Source: Gemmatimonadaceae bacterium
GTDB taxonomy: Bacteria > Gemmatimonadota > Gemmatimonadetes > Gemmatimonadales > Gemmatimonadaceae
Length of the DNA stretch: 64,000 bases
Direction: 5' to 3'
NCBI GenBank assembly: GCA_039924865.1
Contig: JBDTAB010000163.1
Span: 1,047-65,046 of the forward strand
The notes beneath the pieces are model-generated. The model worked only from the letters and a program-made list of their open reading frames with translations. It had not been told where the DNA came from and did not search any database. Positions 19,149 through 26,820 of the stretch are shown one piece after another. Position numbers and translations under genes: made by a program. Every line of letters begins with the position of its first letter. Position 1 is the stretch's first letter.

Positions 19149-20123
19149 GTGACTCACCGCGTTTCGCTCCGATTGCAACCTGATATGCCAGCGATTTTAC
19201 CGCTGGCTGGGTCGTCGCGCGACATGCGGGAACTGGTCCGGCAGATCGAGCTGTTGACCAAGGGAGATCGCTCGCCGGCACTCCTCATCGGCGAGCCTGG
19301 GACCGGGAAGGGTTGGCTGGCGGAATACATTCATGCCGCAAGTGCTCGTGCAGCCTTTCCGTTCGGCATGTTAAACTGTGCAACGATGAACCGCACGCAC
19401 ATCAGAGCTGAGCTTTTCGGCACACCGGACGACAGTGAGGCGAGTCCGGGGATGGTCGAAGCCGCACTCGGCGGAAGCATTTGCGTGGAGGAGATCTCGC
19501 AACTTCCATCCGAACTGCAATCGATGCTGTTTGATTTACTGCAGTCTTCTGCTTCTCATTCGGATCAATCCGCAGGCCTTTTTCCGGCGCGCGTAATTGC
19601 GGCGGAAAGCAAGGATCTTGTGAACGAAGTCAATGCCGGACGGTTCCGCGAAGATCTGTACTATCAGCTGAGCGTGACTCCTGTTCACATACCCCCGTTA
19701 CGAGCAAGATCGCGCGAGGATCTTCTGGAGTTGATCACGGCTGTTGTGGATTCGATAGCATCTGAGGTCTGCGGCGTTCCGCGTGCGCTTGGCGACGGCG
19801 TAGTCGATCGGCTCGTTCAATATCCGTGGCCCGGCAATCTTCGCGAGCTTCGGAACCTGCTTGAGCGGTCGATGCTCGCGGCCCGCGGCGAAGCTGCCGT
19901 TCAGCGCGTGCATCTTCCGGCGGAGTTGAGCGAGATTGGCGAAGTGGAGGAGCATATCCCGCGCACCATGGCGGATGTAGAGCGCGCCCATATTCACCGC
20001 ACTCTGCATGCGCACAAGCTGAACCGAACTCACGCAGCACGCGAGCTCGGAATATCCCGTGCCACGCTCATCAAGAAGATCAAGGAGTACGGACTGGCAG
20101 TCAACGGTGCGGGCAGCCCGTGA
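19149..20123 (+). CDS. AAA+ enhancer-binding-protein-like transcriptional activator lacking a sensor domain and the GAFTGA loop
   Basis: Walker A GEPGTGKG, Walker B-like GGSICVEEI, RFREDLYYQLSV, WPGNLRELRNLLER, and a C-terminal Fis-type HTH (AARELGISRATLIKKIKEYGL). GTG start. Confidence 0.8.
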   Translation: MTHRVSLRLQPDMPAILPLAGSSRDMRELVRQIELLTKGDRSPALLIGEPGTGKGWLAEYIHAASARAAFPFGMLNCATMNRTHIRAELFGTPDDSEASPGMVEAALGGSICVEEISQLPSELQSMLFDLLQSSASHSDQSAGLFPARVIAAESKDLVNEVNAGRFREDLYYQLSVTPVHIPPLRARSREDLLELITAVVDSIASEVCGVPRALGDGVVDRLVQYPWPGNLRELRNLLERSMLAARGEAAVQRVHLPAELSEIGEVEEHIPRTMADVERAHIHRTLHAHKLNRTHAARELGISRATLIKKIKEYGLAVNGAGSP

Positions 20124-20374
20124 CGGAACTGCGTGAGCGTGACGCAATGATATGCCGGAGCTGCGGCCACGAAGAGCGCGCCTCCGAAGGCTATCCGTGC
20201 AAGGATTGCGGTACGTTCATCTGCATCATGTGCGTATTCAAGGGTGTCGTCCGATGCGAGCGGTGCGCTGCCAGCGCATCGGCCGGCGGAGATGCTCCGC
20301 TCGTAAGCAACGGCATTGGCAGCTCCAGCCTGCAGCCCACTCGGAGCCCCGAACTCGACTGGCCAGAGCATTGA
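20120..20374 (+). CDS. Small Cys-rich zinc-binding protein (four CxxC pairs, B-box-like spacing)
   Basis: 84-aa ORF with GC-rich third codon positions. GTGA overlap with the activator stop (alternative ATG at 20147). Its TGA overlaps a TTG start of the next gene. Contains CRSC-x11-CKDC-x4-CIMC-x7-CERC. Confidence 0.55.
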   Translation: MTELRERDAMICRSCGHEERASEGYPCKDCGTFICIMCVFKGVVRCERCAASASAGGDAPLVSNGIGSSSLQPTRSPELDWPEH

Positions 20375-21186
20375 TCGATTCGCTGCCGCGGGGAGGCGCC
20401 ACGAGCCGCGCACGCTCGGGGCGGGCAACAGTTCGCGTGTCAATCGCGCCCCTGCAGGCTGATCCCAGCATCTCGGCATCGCAACTCTCGCAGCTGCTCC
20501 GCGGCCACCAGGCCGATGTGATCGACAGCGATGCTGCATGGCTCCGGCTTCGCGGCGCAGATGGTTATGAGGGATGGTGTCATCAAGGTTACCTCGACAT
20601 CGAGCCTTCGGCCGCTACGACGCCCCTCCAGTCGGCGTGGGGCGCCGAGCGACGCATTTCGGTTGGGTGTACGGTACAATCGGCAGCCGCCGGCATTGTG
20701 GAATTGCCGCTCGGCGCACTGCTGGACGCCGACGAGGAGGTGACGCGCGGGATCGCAATGAACCACCGTGCTCGCAGTCGCTACTTTGAGCCGGACGCGC
20801 AGTCGCTTGTGCAACGTGCGTTGGAGCTGTTCCGTGGAGCGCCCTACCAGTGGGGGGGTGTCACTCCATGGGGCGCGGACTGCTCCGGTTTCGTGCAGAC
20901 AATGTTCGCCCTGCACGGCACACAGCTTCCCCGGGATGCGTGGATGCAGGGGGAGCGCGGACGCGAAGTGTCCAATGAGATCATCGATTTCGCGCCTGCC
21001 GACCTGCTGCTCTTTTCCGATCGGGACGACGGCCGTCCCACTCACGTCGCTGTATCCACGGGCAGCACGCGCTGCATTCACTGCTCGATTGCGAATGGCG
21101 GTTTTGGGATCAACTCCCTTGACGGCAACGACCCGATCGCGCAAACACTCCGGGCCACGTTCCGCTTCGCGCGGAGAATACTCTAG
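20371..21186 (+). CDS. SH3b plus NlpC/P60 (C40) cell-wall peptidase-family protein, no signal peptide seen
   Basis: SH3-like N-domain (AWLRLRGADGYEGWCHQGYL). C40 core (YQWGGVTPWGADCSGFVQTMF, ...PTHVAVSTG). The ORF-track start at 20152 overlaps the zinc-protein gene. TTG 20371 is proposed and the start remains uncertain. Confidence 0.8.
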   Translation: MIDSLPRGGATSRARSGRATVRVSIAPLQADPSISASQLSQLLRGHQADVIDSDAAWLRLRGADGYEGWCHQGYLDIEPSAATTPLQSAWGAERRISVGCTVQSAAAGIVELPLGALLDADEEVTRGIAMNHRARSRYFEPDAQSLVQRALELFRGAPYQWGGVTPWGADCSGFVQTMFALHGTQLPRDAWMQGERGREVSNEIIDFAPADLLLFSDRDDGRPTHVAVSTGSTRCIHCSIANGGFGINSLDGNDPIAQTLRATFRFARRIL

Positions 21187-21220
21187 ACTCGGGGTGTTGT
21201 CTCGCGAGACGTGCGATGTC

Positions 21221-23761
21221 TCACGCTCTGAATCCGACGGCCGTGCGACTGTTGAGCCCACTCACTCGACCGGCAAGCGTAGCACCCTGTGAGCCACCAG
21301 ATAGCACCAAGCGGCGTTTGGCTCCGGGCGCGATGTGAAAATAATTGTCGCTCAACGTCCAGCCCGGCGCTTCGATCGCCACTGCAATCGCGAGCTCGTC
21401 GGTGCTCACGGTCAGCTCGTATGAATTCTCGCTCAGCAACGTGACCGACGTGCGCAGCTGCGCCATCGTCCGGATGGAGCCAATTCCCAGCGGGAAGTGA
21501 AACGATTCATCGAGCAACGCATCACCATTGCTTTCGCTGAGCGTCGCAACGACGGCGTCGTGATTGGGCCGCCCGAAGTGATACGCGTAACTGATGTCGG
21601 TGAACGAGCCCAGCAGTCGATCAGCTTCAAGGTTGACTGATGAACGGGCCCCGATGGTTACTGGAACCACAACGGTCGCGACTGAGACTGAGCCGTTGAA
21701 CAGCGCCAGCTTGAGCTTGGCGGAGAGTTGTGACGGGTGATCGTTGACCACGTTCAGTCTCAGGCCATTCAGTCCTTCGTCTGTCATCACGACCGCAACT
21801 GATCGGCAGGCACGCGCAAGATAGTGGTATGCCGCTTTGGGGGAGCCCTCGAAGTCGAGCACTCCCCATCCTGCTCCTGGATACACGTCGCGGTAAATCC
21901 AGACCAGAGCGCCATTACAAGTCGAACCATCGCGGCGCCACTCGGCGATCGTCTTCGCTATCAACTCTCCGCCCGCAACTCGCCCAAGCGCGAGGTAGCG
22001 CTCCGGGTCCGCATAACGCACTGCGAGTGGGTCGATACCAAACATCTCCTTCACGTAGTGATCACGGACGTCTTCGAAATCCCAGGCCGCGCCTGCGTCG
22101 CGTGTCACCCCACGTTTCCAGTCGGGGTGATGCCCGGCCCCCGCTGCTCCGCAAGACATGCGATCCACGAAATCGGGCTCAGGTACGTTCGACAGTGCCA
22201 GGCATTCGGAGGCGAACCGGACGCCGCTCATGCGAACATCGGACGCAGCCCGCAAATAAGGGCCGTATCCAAAGTAGTGACCGTCGCCTGCATTCACATG
22301 GAACGGCAGTGTGCCACCACTCGGAGAAGACGTCCAGTAAGGAACTCCGGGTGCGCACTGCGCCGAGAGCCTCGCGAATGTTTCGGAGAAGAGCGAACTC
22401 CGCCATTCCGACTCCGCAAGCCCCAGCATCGCCGCCTGCTGCTCGACCTCGCTGTTGCCGCAAACGAGCACGAGCGATGCGCATCCGCCGACTCGTTCAA
22501 GCAGTTGGGTTACTTCGCGCGCTGCGCTCGCAACAAATGCTTCGTTCGTGGCCGGATAGTCCATATTCGCGAACATCAGGTCCTGCCACACCGCGATGCC
22601 GAGTTCGTCGCACAAATCATAGAAGTCGTCATGCTCGTACACCATGGTGCCGCCAACGCGCAACATGTTCAAGCCGGCATCGCGCGCCAATTCAAGAGTA
22701 CGACGATACTCCGCCCTGGATCCGTGCAAGGTCAGAACGTCCGTAGGGCTCCAGCATGCACCGCGCCAGAAAATCTTCTGCTCATTGACCCGCAGGTCGA
22801 AGTCGCCGTTGTCCGACAGGAGGGTTACGCTGCGAAAGGCAACACGACCGAGTGCCATGACGACTTGAGATTCGCCCGCCGTGAACGTCAGCGTTGCATC
22901 GTACAGTGGCTGCTCACCATGCGTGTGCGGCCACCAGATCTGCGGTCTCGGGATGCGGATCGATGCGCTGATGACCAACTCACCGTTCGATCGACGAACC
23001 GCCGCCGCCCGTTCGACAGTTCCAATTCTCACCGCCGCGGCGGTAACATCCGTTCCGGCAGGTAGGCTTACACGTGCGCTAACCGAGACAATGCCGTCGC
23101 CCGAATCAATTCGTGCGTGCAGTCTCGATGTCGATAATCGGGGCAGTCCACTGGGCATGAACGAAACGGACCGCCATGGCCCAACAGGCTGCGCGTTCCA
23201 TGACCAGCTGGGCATGCGTCCGAGCAGTGTCGTACGAATCCAGCGAAGATTCTGATGCGACGCAAGGCGTGTACGCCATTTTGGACGCGGACGCTTTGTC
23301 TTCAACTCGGCGTTCAGCGAGCGGAACCGGATTGCCACCTCGTTGTCATGCAATAGCCAATTGCCGACGTCAACGACATGTGAGACGAACATGTTGTCGC
23401 TCGACAGCACGTGCGTTCCATTGATCCATACTTCAGCCAGCGACGCAAGTCCGGCGAACTCGAGCGAGCCACCGGAGTTGGGGGAATCGCACCTGAAATG
23501 GCAGCGATACCACCAGTCGAAATCGTCCAGATTGGTCGTGTCGCGCTGATCCCATTTGCCCGCGGCGCGAAGTGCGGCCGCGACCGTGCCAGGTGCGGAC
23601 GCAGTGAGCCATTGATCGTCTGCTACGCTGAGTTTGGACGGATCAATCGTTGATCCCGGGGCTACCTGCGCAAGACGCCAGACGGTAAGTGGAGAACCGC
23701 TTGCACCCGCACCAATTATGGATTCATTGGCTGCTTTTGAAGCCCGCTGATCACGTCCCAT
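21221..23761 (-). CDS. Glycoside hydrolase family 2 protein, beta-mannosidase-like, cytoplasmic
   Basis: 846 aa with GH2-like architecture. Candidate acid/base motif in CGNSE and nucleophile motif in RFASEC. No signal peptide. The ATG overlaps the upstream gene by 11 nt. Confidence 0.8.
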   Translation of the reverse strand: MGRDQRASKAANESIIGAGASGSPLTVWRLAQVAPGSTIDPSKLSVADDQWLTASAPGTVAAALRAAGKWDQRDTTNLDDFDWWYRCHFRCDSPNSGGSLEFAGLASLAEVWINGTHVLSSDNMFVSHVVDVGNWLLHDNEVAIRFRSLNAELKTKRPRPKWRTRLASHQNLRWIRTTLLGRMPSWSWNAQPVGPWRSVSFMPSGLPRLSTSRLHARIDSGDGIVSVSARVSLPAGTDVTAAAVRIGTVERAAAVRRSNGELVISASIRIPRPQIWWPHTHGEQPLYDATLTFTAGESQVVMALGRVAFRSVTLLSDNGDFDLRVNEQKIFWRGACWSPTDVLTLHGSRAEYRRTLELARDAGLNMLRVGGTMVYEHDDFYDLCDELGIAVWQDLMFANMDYPATNEAFVASAAREVTQLLERVGGCASLVLVCGNSEVEQQAAMLGLAESEWRSSLFSETFARLSAQCAPGVPYWTSSPSGGTLPFHVNAGDGHYFGYGPYLRAASDVRMSGVRFASECLALSNVPEPDFVDRMSCGAAGAGHHPDWKRGVTRDAGAAWDFEDVRDHYVKEMFGIDPLAVRYADPERYLALGRVAGGELIAKTIAEWRRDGSTCNGALVWIYRDVYPGAGWGVLDFEGSPKAAYHYLARACRSVAVVMTDEGLNGLRLNVVNDHPSQLSAKLKLALFNGSVSVATVVVPVTIGARSSVNLEADRLLGSFTDISYAYHFGRPNHDAVVATLSESNGDALLDESFHFPLGIGSIRTMAQLRTSVTLLSENSYELTVSTDELAIAVAIEAPGWTLSDNYFHIAPGAKRRLVLSGGSQGATLAGRVSGLNSRTAVGFRA

Positions 23762-24716
23762 ATGCGGCGGTCAGCTCCGCCATGGCGTTCGTCCAGCATG
23801 ATTCCATCCGGTCGAGCATGGGCGCGACATCGGCCGGCTTCCTTGTCGCCATCATGCGGGCGAGCTTGAACTGCATCGCCTTCGCAGCCGTGGCTATTTC
23901 GTAAAAATTGGTCGAGGCGTTGGAACGCGGAGCACCGTTATCCGATAACCAGTCGAGAAAACTCGATGCTACCTCGGCGCACGCGCCACACTGTCTGAGT
24001 GTGGCGAAGGCATACTTGTAAAACACCGGCATGTCTTCGCCAGCTAGCCATTCGAGATCCGACATGTATCGCGCGCGATAGGTCGCTACCGGATTGGAAC
24101 TTGGAATACGACCTAGATAGCCATTCAGCTGTTGGACTGCGACTGCCCTCAACTCGGTCGTCGAGCGACTCACCAGGCGGTCTAGTTTCGCTATTTCGGT
24201 GTATGGCGCCATCGCGGTTTCACCGACTGTGAAAATGGCGTCGAAATCGGCGCCCGCGAGTTCGAAGTAGCCGGCGCCATGAAAGTATCCGAGCCTGCGT
24301 GCCCCAAGATCGATTGCTTGCGCGCCAACCGTTGTCTTGGTGTGCTCGATCTGATACGACACGCCTGCGGTATCAGGCAGGTAGAACGAGTCCACCTCGA
24401 CTAGCGGGACACGCTGTCTCGCAATCTGCTCAGCAATCTGAATTCTGAGCGGTCGCCAGATTGCAAGTTCCTGCACTTCAATACCGTAAAGACTGCGGAT
24501 GTCGTCCAGCGACGGTTTGAAGAACGTCCACTGGTCGACTTCGAAGTCCATGGCAACGGTGAACGCCATGACTGCCGTGGGATCGAGTCGGAGCGCGTGC
24601 AGGAGTTCGATCCATAGATCAACATAGCAATTTGTCTCGGGCCAGACGCGCTCCAGACGGTGAAGGTCATGCGGCGTGTACGACGAGGCGTCCACGCCAA
24701 AGGCCTCCGCTTTCAC
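23751..24716 (-). CDS. DUF1839-like protein of unknown function
   Basis: 321 aa. GTGA overlap with the ligase stop. N-terminal ...RVWPETNCYVDLWIELLHAL. Family assignment is from memory of proteins that accompany aa:CP ligases and was not searched. Confidence 0.65.
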   Translation of the reverse strand: MKAEAFGVDASSYTPHDLHRLERVWPETNCYVDLWIELLHALRLDPTAVMAFTVAMDFEVDQWTFFKPSLDDIRSLYGIEVQELAIWRPLRIQIAEQIARQRVPLVEVDSFYLPDTAGVSYQIEHTKTTVGAQAIDLGARRLGYFHGAGYFELAGADFDAIFTVGETAMAPYTEIAKLDRLVSRSTTELRAVAVQQLNGYLGRIPSSNPVATYRARYMSDLEWLAGEDMPVFYKYAFATLRQCGACAEVASSFLDWLSDNGAPRSNASTNFYEIATAAKAMQFKLARMMATRKPADVAPMLDRMESCWTNAMAELTAAYGT

Positions 24717-25651
24717 AGTCCTAGCGTGGTCCTGACAGCTGATGGCCAGCGCGTGACGTCAAAGCCATGAGCTCTGAAGAGTGCGAGTGTGATCCGCTCA
24801 AGCCCGAATCCAACACACGCAGTGTGCGCCGGCATACCGTCGGAAGTCGTGATTCCGAAGGCGCTGCCGAAGTGGTCCTGATGATAATTGCAGGACACCG
24901 CTGCCGTGAGCGCCTCGCCGGTTGCGACCGGAACGACGAGCTCAAACTTGAGCGCCTGCTCCATCTGGCTCGCGGCGAGCATCGCGCCGCCGCGACCGAA
25001 GAACGGATCATTGGCAACAATAGGCTGCGCGTCGAGTCCAACGGCCTGAAGCATGGCCTGACCACGGTCCAGCCACAGATCGCGGAACTGTCGTACGCTT
25101 TCGGGATTTCCGATCCGTACGTATTCGCGCTGCCGAAATACCTGCATTCTCGCAGGATCGTCCGACGGCTCATAGCGGAAGCAATACGACTGGACGTCGA
25201 AAAGCCTGCCGTGGCGCGGGAGTACTCCAGCCGCCATCGGGTACAACGGATAGCACGCCGCCGGCGTCAAGACGAGATCCGTGTGCTGGAAAAGCGCAGT
25301 CCAGTCGGAGCCCGACTCCACCATCTGAAGCATGTCGCCGTGATCGCGCTCGTTTCCGCGAAACCCGTGTACGGTCCCGATAAGATGAGGAAACGATTGG
25401 AGGTAGCCACTTCTCTCGAAATCAGCTCGACCAATGACGGGAGGAAACCTGAAAACCTCGGCTCCCTGGTCGACGCCTGATTCGGTTACATAGCGATCAA
25501 ATCCGGCAAGCACGCGCTCGAACAGTCCGGACTTGCCGTAAACGCCCTGAACACCCGTGGCCGTGATGATGCCATTCGAGAGCAACTCTTCGAGATACGC
25601 CCGTCGCGCTTCTTCGACTTGGGTATCACGACCCAGCACGGCGTCAATCAT
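24713..25651 (-). CDS. Amino acid--[acyl-carrier-protein] ligase (class II aaRS catalytic-core homolog without a tRNA-binding domain)
   Basis: 312 aa. Class II motif 2-like CFRYEPS and motif 3 GFGLERITLALF. Zn-ligand-like LTPAACYP and VSCNYHQDHFG as in methanogen-type SerRS. Start ATG 25651 (8-nt overlap with the ACAD stop). The ORF-track start is 25687. Confidence 0.85.
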   Translation of the reverse strand: MIDAVLGRDTQVEEARRAYLEELLSNGIITATGVQGVYGKSGLFERVLAGFDRYVTESGVDQGAEVFRFPPVIGRADFERSGYLQSFPHLIGTVHGFRGNERDHGDMLQMVESGSDWTALFQHTDLVLTPAACYPLYPMAAGVLPRHGRLFDVQSYCFRYEPSDDPARMQVFRQREYVRIGNPESVRQFRDLWLDRGQAMLQAVGLDAQPIVANDPFFGRGGAMLAASQMEQALKFELVVPVATGEALTAAVSCNYHQDHFGSAFGITTSDGMPAHTACVGFGLERITLALFRAHGFDVTRWPSAVRTTLGL

Positions 25652-26813
25652 CCTTGGATACCAGCAACATCGCCGCATTAGCGCCATAAATGCGGTCGTT
25701 GTTGATCATCAGTGCCGCGCCATACGCGTCGCGTAGCAACCGGCCCAGTGAGGACTTCGAGTCTTCACGATACCCGGACATGCCACAGATCAGCATCGCC
25801 TGCCCAACGATGTCGACAACGGCGGTGGAGCAGTTGAGCTTGAGATTGTTCATGCGTATCGCGAAGTTCATCGCTGACAATGCGTCCGCGTCGTGCATGA
25901 TCGATTCAAAGTCACGCACCGAATCGTTTACCACGGAGCGCATTGCCTGAAGCTTGCTCACCACCTCGGCCAATCTGACGCTTGCCGCAGGAGTCTTGCC
26001 CGGGCTCTTGCGCGCCTCGCCACGAATGTACGCACGAGCTCGGCCGACGGCCGCAGTCGCAATGCCGACCCATAGCGATGCCCACACTATATGTGACACC
26101 GGGAGCATGGTTTGGCTGGAGACTTCGGCATATGCTGCCGGAACAATGTGATCCACGGGCGCGATCGCACTTAGTGTGAATCCTGGGCTGCAGGTTCCGC
26201 GAAAGCCCAGTGTGTCCCATCCACTCGTCCGGGTCAGAGTGAACTCGTCGCGTTTGAGGAGGACGATCACCTGATCGCTTGCCGGGGCGTCGGGTGACCG
26301 GCGCGCGGTGGCAAGGATGGCGTCTGCATGCTCGCCATAGGATATAACCGGCGCCTGCTTCCGGATCGCGAACGATCCATTGTCGCGCTCGATTGCGCAA
26401 ACTGACGAGCGCACGTCACCGCCGACGCCGATCTCGGACGTTGCGGACGCGATGAGTGCCTGTGTGTCCGCGAGCTCCGCCAGATAAGCAGCGAAGAACT
26501 GCGAGTTGCGCGCGTGGCGCACGATGCACGCTATCTGAATCTGGTGCATCGCGTATATCATCGCCGTGGCAGAGCAGTACTGGCCGAGTGTGGTGCATAT
26601 GGCGGAGATGTCCGCGATCGAGCACCCGCCACCACCGAATTCTGTCGGGATGAAAATCCCGAGCATCCGCTCTGCGCGAAGTGCGGCAAATGCTTCGGAC
26701 GGGAAGCGGGCATCTCTGTCTACCGCGTCAGCGAACGGTGCAGCAATATCGAGCCCAATCTGCTGCGCCTTTTCGAGTGCAGTGAAGGACCGACTTAACA
26801 CTGTGATTGACAT
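25644..26813 (-). CDS. Acyl-CoA-dehydrogenase-family flavoprotein
   Basis: 389 aa with ACAD fold-like sequence (TSEIGVGGDVRSS, C-terminal ...RLLRDAYGAALMINNDRI). Starts 7 nt after the carrier-protein stop. Confidence 0.8.
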   Translation of the reverse strand: MSITVLSRSFTALEKAQQIGLDIAAPFADAVDRDARFPSEAFAALRAERMLGIFIPTEFGGGGCSIADISAICTTLGQYCSATAMIYAMHQIQIACIVRHARNSQFFAAYLAELADTQALIASATSEIGVGGDVRSSVCAIERDNGSFAIRKQAPVISYGEHADAILATARRSPDAPASDQVIVLLKRDEFTLTRTSGWDTLGFRGTCSPGFTLSAIAPVDHIVPAAYAEVSSQTMLPVSHIVWASLWVGIATAAVGRARAYIRGEARKSPGKTPAASVRLAEVVSKLQAMRSVVNDSVRDFESIMHDADALSAMNFAIRMNNLKLNCSTAVVDIVGQAMLICGMSGYREDSKSSLGRLLRDAYGAALMINNDRIYGANAAMLLVSKDD

Positions 26814-26820
26814 TCCGATT

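Noticed and set aside
21824-23065. 413-aa and 305-aa plus-strand ORFs opposite the GH2 gene.
   Set aside because: They are antisense to a well-supported 846-aa glycosidase. The sequences are Arg-rich and motif-free. High-GC artefact.
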